From Stylophora pistillata (Eukaryota), in contig NW_019218275.1 of NCBI RefSeq assembly GCF_002571385.2, forward strand, positions 140,813 to 204,812: DNA of 64,000 nucleotides, read 5' to 3'. Within the stretch, counting starts at the first letter, position 1; each line of letters begins with the position of its first letter. Positions 27,453 through 38,643 of this stretch are shown here, piece by piece. The position numbers and the translations under genes are program-made. The notes beneath the pieces are model-generated. The model searched no databases. It was not told the origin of the DNA and saw only the letters and a program-made list of their open reading frames with translations.

Positions 27453-28701
27453 AGAATTCCTAAAATATGTCTTCTGACCACTGAGTGCAAGAGACCGAAC
27501 TGTGCTGTCAAAGCACTAATTTAGAAGTCTATTACCGCACATGCTCTGCAATTGAAAATTTCATGGTCAGGTTTCTGTACACATTATTGGCAAGTTAATG
27601 CTAGTTGTCCGTGGTTTTCCTGTGCAAATCAGCAAAAAAACAAGGAGGGGTACGCATATGAAATAATAAAATTATAGCATTTCTTTAAACTGAGACTATC
27701 CGAGAGGTAATCTGAGGGTGAAATATAAAGAAAATTGATTGATAACAACACTTTCATGTAAAAGGGAAAAAATACTGGGAGTTTTCTGGTGGGGACTCTT
27801 TTTGTACTAAGATTTACCTTCAACGTAATTAAAAAAAATAAAGGTTGCCACCATAGAAACAGATCGCAGATTCATTTACGTTTCCTGTCGTTGATTGACA
27901 TGTAAATTGTGATATTTCCTTTGTAAAACCTACATGTTGTAACTTGTAATAAGTTAAGCGTTTTCCTCTCGACTTACTTCGCAACTTGATTACCGCTATG
28001 ACGGTAACCAGGGAAATTGAATTTGAAACAGTCTTATCACATGTAACTGTCACCAGCAATTGAATCTGAGTTGCAAGAGTCATAAGAAATGCTTAATTTT
28101 GGTCAAATTCGTTCAAAGCCAGATGTACAACAAAAAATATGAGTCGGTTCTGCTTGCGTACTCCTATTCACTGTTTCAATTATTCGGAGCGCTTCTTAAG
28201 TCAGAATTAATCATGAAATAACTAAGTTGCAAACCTTTTTATGAAGCTCCACACACATATTAAGAAACACAGGACGCTTTTGAAAGAACGATTGTAATGT
28301 TTTCTTATCGAGAAAATAGTTATTGGATATTTTTGGTGGAGGGTTACAACAAGAATTAATGTTGCTGAACCGGTTATTTGTATCTAAGAAAACACGAAGA
28401 ACATTCCAATGTTGTTACCCAACTCTCCGATTATAACTTAAGTTTCTGAGAATTCGAGATCAACAAGATTTCAAACGGAAGCAAAGGATAAGCTACGTAG
28501 CTGTAGTTAAAGCTCACGTGCGTTTTTATTTGTTGCCACTATTATTGTAAGTGTTCTTCTTCTTCTTGAAATTAATATTAGCTATGAGTTTATACTTTAT
28601 GCTGAGTTTATACTCGTTATTCACTGACTTCTTAAAACTCGCGACAAGTAATGATTTTCTTCATCATGATACAACAGGCAATATCGAATCACTTCAGAAA
28701 C

Positions 28702-29556
28702 ATGCTGTTCAAATTTTACTTCGCTTCGGGTTTCTTGGCTGGCGTGATAGCCTTGTCGTTTGCAGACGACTTCGCGACTGCTCGTGAGGAGATCAATAAA
28801 GTGAAGCCCAGCATTGACTACACCACTTTCTGCGCTGAGATGTCTGAAGGAGAAGACAAGACTGCTTGCCGTATGAAGAATGTATTGAGCGTAGGCTTTC
28901 TTGTCTGTCAGAGGCCGATGTTCGGAGAGAAAAACTGCTCGAAAATTATTGACGAAGAAATCAATAACTTGCAGAGAGTCCATCGAGAAGGAAACGTTAA
29001 AATAGTCCAGATATCGCCTCCTCCTATCGATGATGTCAGATGTGGAAAAGAATCCAGCCTAAACTGCACTGGTTTTCTTGAACACTGGGTGGATCGTAAA
29101 GACGGTCAGTTCAAGCAAGTTCGAGACCATATTTCTGACAATACAACACAAGGTCTCATTGAGGCCGTGAAAAGTTTCACCACGCCAGCTGCATTAGTGA
29201 CAACGGCCTCTGATCTGTCAAAAATCAAGAGTTACATGATGGAGAATCCAAATGAAAACCAATATCGTCAGATATGCGACCTCCAGGGATTTTTCATGGT
29301 AAGCGGAGGCTTTTTAGTAAACGATGTCCCTGATATTCTTACGGGTGCAGGCCTTGACGGAGTTTGCTGGAATGACGAACCGACCACAGAACAAGTTATC
29401 AAAGCTTTGGATGATATGATTTCCGCTTTTGGATCAAAAAACGACAACGTCGACAGCGGAAACAGAAATGGAGAAATTAAAATCACTGGCCTGCATATAA
29501 ATGCAAAAATCATACTCACCATCAGTATTGCTTATTGCACTTTTGCTCCTAAATAA
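28702..29556 (+). CDS. Secreted Cys-rich protein (284 aa) with hydrophobic C-terminus; putative atypical (HopBF1-like) kinase fold
   Basis: Uninterrupted ORF. The start MLFKFYFASGFLAGVIALSFA is signal-peptide-like and lies just after a splice acceptor (28676-77; candidate donor gtaagt at 28547). Eight Cys are conserved with the paralogue. NCS/NCT/NTT sequons are present. The paralogue at 22255 supports real coding status. The kinase assignment is inference from motif order. Confidence 0.85.
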   Translation: MLFKFYFASGFLAGVIALSFADDFATAREEINKVKPSIDYTTFCAEMSEGEDKTACRMKNVLSVGFLVCQRPMFGEKNCSKIIDEEINNLQRVHREGNVKIVQISPPPIDDVRCGKESSLNCTGFLEHWVDRKDGQFKQVRDHISDNTTQGLIEAVKSFTTPAALVTTASDLSKIKSYMMENPNENQYRQICDLQGFFMVSGGFLVNDVPDILTGAGLDGVCWNDEPTTEQVIKALDDMISAFGSKNDNVDSGNRNGEIKITGLHINAKIILTISIAYCTFAPK

Positions 29557-31423
29557 GTAAAAACGTTTTCACGAAGGGAAAGTTGGGACAACGTGACGCA
29601 CTGCGTAACCTTCAGTGATTCTGACAATCTTAAAAATAGGTCAGCAATGCGTACATGTGTGGCTTACGAAATCGAGCTGCTTTTTAGTGTCTGGTGTCTT
29701 ATTGAGTTTATTAGAAGAGCTAATATCTGATTACGGTTATATAGTTTTCAATATTGTTCCTGTTCATCGATAAAGCAAGATAACTAGCAGACAATAGTCC
29801 TGAAATGTTCATTTTCAAGATGAGGGTTAATGGCCAAACTTTGTGCCATTGTGGCCTAATAGATTCAGTCATGATTTTGCTTACGTAACGAAGTGGAATT
29901 GAGTTCTGAAGTTTGTAGGGTGATTGTCTTTTCCAAGGCAAGTGATGTGAAATTAACTCTAGAGAAGCATTTCATATGATTATTTTTGGCATTTTGTGTA
30001 CCAGTACACGAGGATAAAACTTTCCAGAAGGGTCAGGACGTCGGGAAATGATGTAATCTACACTAGAAGCCAATGGAAGCTTGATTTGGTCTGAATGTAT
30101 GACCAATTTTAGACAGTATATATGTGTAGAGTAACACAATGCTGAGCTATGATGAATATACGAAGTTCATACGGTACAATGCTGAGCGTAGGTTTCTATT
30201 GTCCTATAAGTTCTATTTTCAGTTGGTTGAGAGCAAAAATTTACTATAATTATTGTATTTTGTTTTGTGGGACTCTATTTTCAGTAAAGAACACAGAAAA
30301 ATTTAGTTGAGGTAGGTGGATGTGGGGTTGCAAATGGAAGAATTTTGGGAAAAAAGCATTACGTATAGGTGCACAACAAGATCAGAACACAGTACTCTGA
30401 AATAACATTACATAATAAGATTTACAATTTGACCTGGAGGTTTCTATTTAACAGAAAGGTCAATAGAGATAGAATGTCACCATAATAGATTTCAGGAACA
30501 GTAATCAGAGACAACTTAAACAGAACAGAGTTCAATTTAAGGGCAAGTGCATGATAGTATCCTAGCTATGATTTAAAGTACCAGAACCTTTCAAGTTTTC
30601 TTATTATTGATATTGTTATTTCATGCTAGTGTGTTGCCAATAATTAAAACCCAAAGTTACTGATAGATATAAGTGGTTTTTTTCTCTTTTCTTGTAACTT
30701 ATCTGATTTCTCGTGGGGTACTGACTTCTTCAAATTGTAACAACTTTAATTAATTTCGGACAATAAGCCCACCTTTCTGAGACTTCCGTGTAATGTTAAT
30801 CGTTGAAGTTAATTGTCAACTATGATACACAGTATCTTTGCCAGAAATTGAAACTCTCGGCATCCAAATCGAAGTTTACTGGCCGAAATAGTTTCTGGTA
30901 TATAGATGGATCTATATTTGTTACGTGTGGTGCTGCAGTTATGGATACGTCCGATGGTGGAGCAGCAAATGTAACAATCTTTTCCTCCCACGTGGAATCT
31001 AACAGCTTCCCTGCGAGTATGGTGACAGGGGTTTCAATCTTCCGATGCCGTGGCACCAAAAATGAATCTCGTTGTCTAATGTAAACTTTCCTTACTGAGT
31101 ATCATATACTTATCATAGCATCATTTATGAGAATCTAGTATTAGATCATCAATTCGGCATAATTCCTTAAGTGAGGCTTTTCTTTATTTTTGTTTGGATA
31201 TTTCTGCTTTGCGTTGCGTCTATTGCATTAACGTAGTAATATATCTCATCATATTTTGGATGAGTCTTCTTAAACAGTGAGTGCTGTTTACCGCCTATAT
31301 CAGTATTCAACATATAAGAGTTTGTAAAAGTTTCTCTGTGCACCAAATAGAAATGTAGCTGCCGCCTGGTAGCGATACAGTGCACTTGACTGATTTTCTG
31401 CTGTTGGTAACGTCATTGTTTCT

Positions 31424-32904
31424 CTACATTTGTTCAACAATGAAAGTTCTTTGAACCCTTGTTTCAAATGCGGAAGTTACTTGCAGGTGTCTTTGTCCTT
31501 TGTACACCTCTTTGTTGTTCTCATCAGTTTCCATATTGCCGTGATTGTGAGAAACTAGTGGACCGTTTTGAAGGTCGTGCTGACTTCGTTCACGAACCGG
31601 TAAAACCATGAAGCGATTATCTAGACTTGCACGCCTGCGCAAGCGCAGCACATGGAGAAGTGTTGCTCGAAATCTACTGTTCATGATAGTATACACGATC
31701 GGGTTGTAGATCACGGATGCTTTGGCTAACAACTCGGGAACTTCCGCTTCCCCCGATGCTAAAACAGGTTTATGGGTAAATACTGCAGTGAGGCTGACGA
31801 AACAATAAGGTGACCAACTAAGTACGAAAGCAGACACGGCCAATGCTGTCATGCGCACTATTTTTAGTTCGGAGTTCCGTTGTCTCAGTTGAACTGCAAT
31901 GTTTCCTGGAACAACGGCTTGATGAACGATTCTGAAAAAGTAGAAAGACGTTTTAAAACTTGCCTGCCTGCGAAAAGATACTAAAGAATCACCTCAGGCC
32001 ATATTCAAAGACGGCGCCTCGCCTTACACAACAAGTCTTAAACAAAATTAAGCTAAATTTATTCATTAGAAACGTCCTTATTTGGTGGTGCAAGACAATA
32101 TTTTCAACTTCCTGCAGTTTACAACGAAAAGGTCGCGTGTCATAAACATAATCAAGATATTGTCACCTGTATACCTAAAGTAAATATCTTATAGGTTATC
32201 GCTACAGCAGTTGTTGAATGGAATTGTCAAAGATTCATCCTGGATAGGAAGATATAGGAGACAAAAGTAGTTCTTATTTACCTGTAAATTCTGTAGTAAC
32301 AGGCTGCCATTACAGAAAGAGGAATGAAGAAACCCATCGTAACCAGTAAGATATTGTAAGTTGTATCGGCAACTGACTTCCCAGACCAGTCAGGACAGCA
32401 ACTTACTTTAGAAGCGTTAAGAACAAACCGATTCCACCCCAACAGAGGAGGAAGCATGCAGAGACCTCCGTAAATCCATGCCATGGAAATCAAACTTGCG
32501 ATTTGCCTCCCTGTTAATCGTTTATTAGGACGTACTTCCTTCAAACCGAGGTAGGATACTAGAACCATTTCAGTTAGTGTGATAATAGACGCTATACCAA
32601 CAGCGCCGTTTACAAATGCAGACCAAACACAAGTTTTGCTATCCAGAAGCTTCCCACGGAGATTAGTTTGGATTGCCATCGGATATCCAAACACAATGAT
32701 AAAGATATCTGCCAATGCAAGGTTGACCATTAAGGGGGTTATACTTCGATTTCGATGTTGTCTTTGGTACAATACAAGAAGAGCTAAAATATTGCCAACA
32801 AAGCCAATGGTTAAGATGCAGAACATGACAATGCCATAGGCTAGATAACCATCCTTATGCCATACAAATGTCTCTTGGCTGCTTTGGTTTGAAGCTTGCT
32901 CCAT
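31424..32904 (-). CDS. Opsin (ASO-II-like), copy 2; coding exons 32904-32282 and 31931-31424; about 376 aa
   Basis: GN, NLALAD, GWNRF..SCCPDW, SWSPY, PELLAK (Lys296), NPIVY. Phase-2 intron 32281-31932 (TACAG|gtaaat ... tttttcag|AATC) at the same position as in copies 1 and 3. Acceptor upstream of the ATG at 32921-32920. Confidence 0.93.
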
Positions 32905-35900
32905 GTATTGGCTTCAAAACTAAATGAAAATGGAAGGGCTAGTTAGTTGTTAAAAAAGCAAATAGCTTTCACCAGTAGATCTTCTCCGGTTCATGCCTAA
33001 AATTCTCGCGTGCTCCTAGCCTTGCTTTTTTACAATTGTTATGGTTAACGCATCTTCAAATCTTTTTACACGATTCTCTTTGTGTTTAAGATTGAGCATC
33101 GAAAGTGATATGACATTTATCTCATTGCTTTCATTTCAAAGAGCATCGTGACTGGTTCAAGAAATCTACAACGCCTTTCCAACGAATTAGTCGCTCTACC
33201 AATAAAATCAGCGAGCACCTGAAGCGCCGAAGTCGGCATCTGTTCATCTCAGTGCAAATGGTGGGTGGGCACCGAAGCTTAAGTCATCTTTCGTTGAAGA
33301 GACTTCTCGTTAAAAATCAGTAAAATCTTAAGTTTTCGATTTCCAGTCTAACACCTTCAGACTGGAGGTTATAAGCTTAGTTACATTTAGTTTATAACTA
33401 CCTTTGTTCTATTTATCACAGAAATAGAAAAGGTTATTTTGTTTTTTCCCTTGTTTTCGGGATCCTGCATTCAATCGAAAAGTTTCCAACACCATTAATC
33501 TCACTGCTGACTCAGTCAAATGAATTTCTGTCGATTTTCAGGTTATCCACGGTGGAGAGCTTTGTCAGAAGTGCTCTTTTTCAAGTTTGAACGCGCTCGA
33601 ATAAAGGTTTCGGTCGTCAGCTTTTGGACTAAATTAAGTGATAAAAATGCAAAAAACAATAGGTTTTAGTACTCGTTCTGATTGGCTAAAACAATTTTTT
33701 TCCTGACAACAAATGTAAAAAACATGTCTTTCAATCATTTACGTGCTGAAAACCTACAGCTGAAGGTATTGGGAGATGCTGAGATAAAGACGAAGATAGG
33801 GTTTTGAACTGTATGTTTTGGTTACACAGTATATAATCGTCGATATTCGTTATGAGTTATTGACAAATGGTTGATTTATACCTCGAGTCAGGGCGCTAGA
33901 TCTTAAAGTCTCAGTTCAATTTTTTTATGGCCATACTGAATATAAGAAGTAAAAAAGAAAATTATAAAAAACAAAACTCGCCATATGTTTACTCGAATCA
34001 AAATTCAGAAGTTATCACGGTTCGCGATTTGCTACATGTCTCTTCTTAGCAGAAACTGTTTCTCACCAAAAATACCCCTGGTCAATAAATTGATGTAATT
34101 GCTTATCTCAGAAGGGAGAATATAGTTTTTGTTTGGTAGGGTTAGCACTAAGTTTTTTAAAAGCGCAAACACTGAACTCGCCAGAGTCAATCAGCTTTTG
34201 CCGTCTGCCACTTATCAGTCGGTGGTACTCTAAAGGAAGGATATTTGCATTTACTGATGAAAATAGGGTTTTTTAAGGATTAGAACAAGACAGCGAACGT
34301 AGAATCAGAGGACTGAAAAATTTTGCTCTTAACCATAAGCTTTATCATAAATCAAATAAATAACTTTTCAGCGGAAACATTTAGAAAGAAGGCAGCTGAA
34401 GTTTTATTGCTTTTCTTTCATGAACGTTTCACCAAGGCCTTGTCAAAGCGTTTTTTTAATAATATCGTTAAGTTCGGTATGTGTTTAGCGGCACAGTGCC
34501 TCAAGAGTACTTCATATCGAAAGAGGAATAATAAGCAAGACCGAGTGGTCTGATAAACAAGTAAAAGTAGTTAAGGGCTCATAAAAAAACGAGAGTTAAA
34601 GAGACCGACCGCAATGTCCGAAATTCTGAGGCACGATTCCTTGTGGGTTACTCAGACTTTTTCTTTCTTTGTTAAACGTTAATGACAAATGCAGGGTTGA
34701 AAACTTTCGTTATTCGCCGACCGAACTCAAAGTTTACCTTTACAACTTAAAATGATAGAGATAAAATGAAATATTTATCATAAAAGGGAATTTTTTAAAA
34801 GAATTTGTTACACGCGTTTTTTGGCAGCGAGAAATTTCAGAAAAGCGACAAGAAATCACGATAAAACTACGAAAGACTGAAGCAGCCGAAACTTAAGCAG
34901 ACGTTTATAACTTACCTACTTGGAATTTAATAAGGTTTTTCTTCTTCCGTGTTCAGAGCTTTCTTGTTTTCGTCTCGGTTAACACGTCGCAGAAGCGCAA
35001 AAACCTATCGCTCCAATCAAATTACCTAAACGCGAACTTGTTGTTTTGTAGTAAATAGCACTATTATTAAATTATTCATGCAAAACACTGAGTGGGCAGC
35101 AAACCGTTGACAGCCATTTGTTTTAAGCCAAGTTTGATAAAGGAAAAAGGGGAGCTGTAAAAGTAGCTCTCTCTCTACAACCGTAAAAGTTTATATGAGG
35201 GAAGTATCAATGCCGTGTATTACCTATACATACCATCATAATATATTGTATACACGGAATAGTCTGATTGCTTTCTATATATTGTAAGCTAATGAGAAAC
35301 GACAAAAGCTAGATATAGGTACCTTAAACTTACTTCACAGTATAAAACTGAATGTACTTAACTTAAGTTGAATTTTTCTTAGATAATTTACAAGAGGACA
35401 TGTATTCAACACCAATATATCTTATCAGAGTCGCTGAAGTGAGTTTAGCCGCACATTTGTTGACGTATTGAAGTATCAAGAAAATCCGGTCATACATCAG
35501 ATAACATGGCATTAATTCAAGTTAGTTCCGTACAATCCGTTGGCCATTCTGTGTTTTCAAAGCAGTCCTCTATGTTACTGTTACTTACGTTGCTGTATGA
35601 TATTTCATAGATTTTTTTTTTTGAGATTTCGAAAGCGTTTTAGCTATGCTCTGTCGACTGTAGCAAATGCTGTTTACAATCTGATGTTCATTTACATGGC
35701 AAGAATTGGGTTTGTGGCAGATCTTGTTGGCAATTAATATGATAATCTTAGTGAATATGAAAAATCCTAAGATTTGAATATTATTAAATGATAGAAATTA
35801 ATAAAATACAAAAGGAAATAAACAGATAGGTAATTAAATAGATATGTGAGGTAAACAAAGATAGCTAACGTTATTTGATGCGAAAATGCTTGAAAATCAA

Positions 35901-36611
35901 ACCACGTATGTTTTGTAAATAAGAAATAATGGATTCTTGATGGATGTTGTAGTCAAGTGAGTTTATAATCCCAATGGAATGAAATGCAAAACTTTCTTTA
36001 TTTAAAGTACTTAAATGTAACAATAGCGAAACAAATGAGAAAGTGAAACATGAGTATTATTCTAAAAAAAAACCAATATAAAATATCCTAGATTGTTTTA
36101 AAACACGCTTCTTTTGCGCCTGCAAACGCTCCGACAAATTACTTTCGAAACTTTGCTTTATTCCCAACACATCTATCAACCGGGATGAACCAGAAAAAGG
36201 AGCCGGACTCAGATTTTATAGAATAAAGAATCAGCTACCATCAAAAAGACACTTCACATTCTATTTAATAATATACCTTTAATAAATAAATCGAGAGAAC
36301 ATGCTCTTTTAAATATAAACATGTAGGAGCGAATAACTACACGATGCAATTAGAACCAAGAACACTTTTATTAAATGATGACTTAACCAAAACTATTCTG
36401 ATTTTAGTAGCAGATTTAGGTCGTAGACGGGTAAAAACTTTCTGTTCTGTGTTAAGTGAGCATACAAGCTGACAAGCTGCTAACCAATAGAGTTAGTTAC
36501 CGGTCTATATCAATATTTATTCAAGGCCTACTCTGAAGCAAAAGGATGCATCTAAATCAGTCTTGAATGACAAGAACCTTTAATGAGATCCGAAATTTTC
36601 TAGATGCCCCA

Positions 36612-38643
36612 CTACACAGTAATGTTATTTTGCTCGACCCGTTCTGCAAGAGGACCTCGCGGAATCAATTTTATGATATGTATAGGGTTCTGGCTTTTTC
36701 TCTTTGTATTGTCATATCGACGTACACCATTTTGAAAGATATCTCTACTTCTCGACGGATACGTTAACGAATGCTCTTGGTTTCTATTCCGTCTTACGTT
36801 TAAGATACGAAGCAGCGTTGTTCGAAACCTTCTATTCTTAATGGTATACACAATAGGGTTGTAGATAACAGATGCTTTAGCCAACAACTCGGGAATTTCC
36901 GCCTCTCCGGACGTTATCACATGCTTCCCGGTGAAGACTGCAACGAGGCTGACTAAGCAGTAGGGCGACCAGCTCAGCACAAAAACTACCACAGATAGCG
37001 CGGTCATGCGCACTATCTTTAATTTGGAATACCGTCGTCTCATTTGCACTGCGATGTTTCCTGGCACAACGGCTTGATGAACAAGACTATAGGAAGAGAA
37101 GATATGGCAAGTTTGAGATCGTAAAAGGCTTTTCTGAGGGTCGCAGAGAGCTTATAAACAGTTTAAAATCTCTTGGGTAGCGATTCTCAGATCTAAATTT
37201 TGCAGTTTTTTACATCTTCAGTTTAGGCCGTTTTACGGCTAACGGTTAAGAGTTTTCGCGGTTGACGGTCAGATTTTTCAGGTTTTTCACGTCTTAAAGT
37301 TAACTTTTTATCTTTTTTCCCTCTAACGGTTAAATTTCATCAAGGCCCTGTTATCTAGATATTTGAAACGCGAATTCTGAGGTTAATTCGAACTAAAAAA
37401 TCAACAATAAATCACATTTTCGGTAGAAACTTCAGCATTTGTTAGCAGAGGGTATAATGAGTGTCCTGTAACAATGACCCAGTTTCAAACAAGGAGGGGG
37501 AACAAGGTATAGGACTCTTAGGTCCTCAGAAGTACTGATAGTCCTAAAATAGGATATTGCAAACTTTCGTTTGTCTGAAGCTAGTGAGAAAACACAGACC
37601 CCAAGAGCTATCCATCTTTTTCCTCAGTAACTCTTATCTTAGCAAACTGAGAAGGTTATGCAAGGGTGAGAGCATTAATCTCAGATGAGAAAATGATAAA
37701 CAATGTACACTTAGGTCTCTTTATAAAGATTATCAAACCTTCAGCGGGGTATATGTATTTAAATGGATCAAAAGGAAAAGCAAGTTGGTTTCAGCGAAAT
37801 ATTTGAAGTCTGTTTGGCCAGAGTATATCCCTAATTCTATAGCATGAATCAGCACAAGGAGTATTACTACTCGCTTGAACAGGTACCGACTCCAGGTAAG
37901 CCCCGCCCTCCCGATCAAGTCAAGTTCCTTGACAATATGTTGAAATTATTCATGAACCCCAGAGAAGTAGTCATAGTGAGAGTAAAGTACCTTACCCCTA
38001 AACACAAAGATTCAAGTTACCTGTATATTTTGTAGTAGTACAGGACCATGACAGTAAGCGGAAGAAAAAATCCAAAGACAACGAGGAGAAGACTGTAAGC
38101 TGTGTCCGAAGCTGATCTTCCTGCCCAGTCAGGACAACAACTCACTTTAGAGGCGGCAAGAACGAATCTATTCCAGCCTAAAAGAGGTGGAGCCATACAA
38201 AGACATCCATAAAACCACGCGCCGGCAGTCATACATGCGATTTGTCCCATTGATAGTCTAGCATCAGAGTTTACTTGCTTCAGGCCATAGTACGGGACGA
38301 AAACCATTTCAGTTAGGGTTGCAATGGACGCTATACCCACGGTACCGTTTACAAAGGCAGACCAGATGCATCGAGATCTGTCCAGTGAAATCCCCCTGAG
38401 ATTGGCTTGAATTGCTATTGGGTAACCTAAGGCGACGATGAAAATGTCCGCCAGGGCGAGATTCAGCATTAGAGAGTTTACACCACGGTTACGATGTTCC
38501 CTTTGGTACAGCACGACAAGAGTTAAACCATTGCCAACAAAACCAATGGTTAGGATGCAGAACATGACAGTCCCATAAGCTAGGTAACCATCTTTGTGCC
38601 ACAGAAATTCCTCCTGGCCGCTTTGGTTTGAAGCTTGCTGCAT
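36612..38643 (-). CDS. Opsin (ASO-II-like), copy 3; coding exons 38643-38021 and 37086-36612; about 365 aa
   Basis: Close paralogue of copy 2 (MQQASNQS vs MEQASNQS; VHQAVVPGNIAVQ shared). PELLAK and NPIVY present. Phase-2 intron 38020-37087 (TACAG|gtaact ... cttcctatag|TCTT). Confidence 0.93.

Noticed and set aside
28651-28701. Longer 301-aa start of the kinase-like ORF
   Set aside because: The upstream ATGs lie in the pyrimidine tract before the acceptor at 28676-77. The signal peptide and the paralogue favour ATG 28702.
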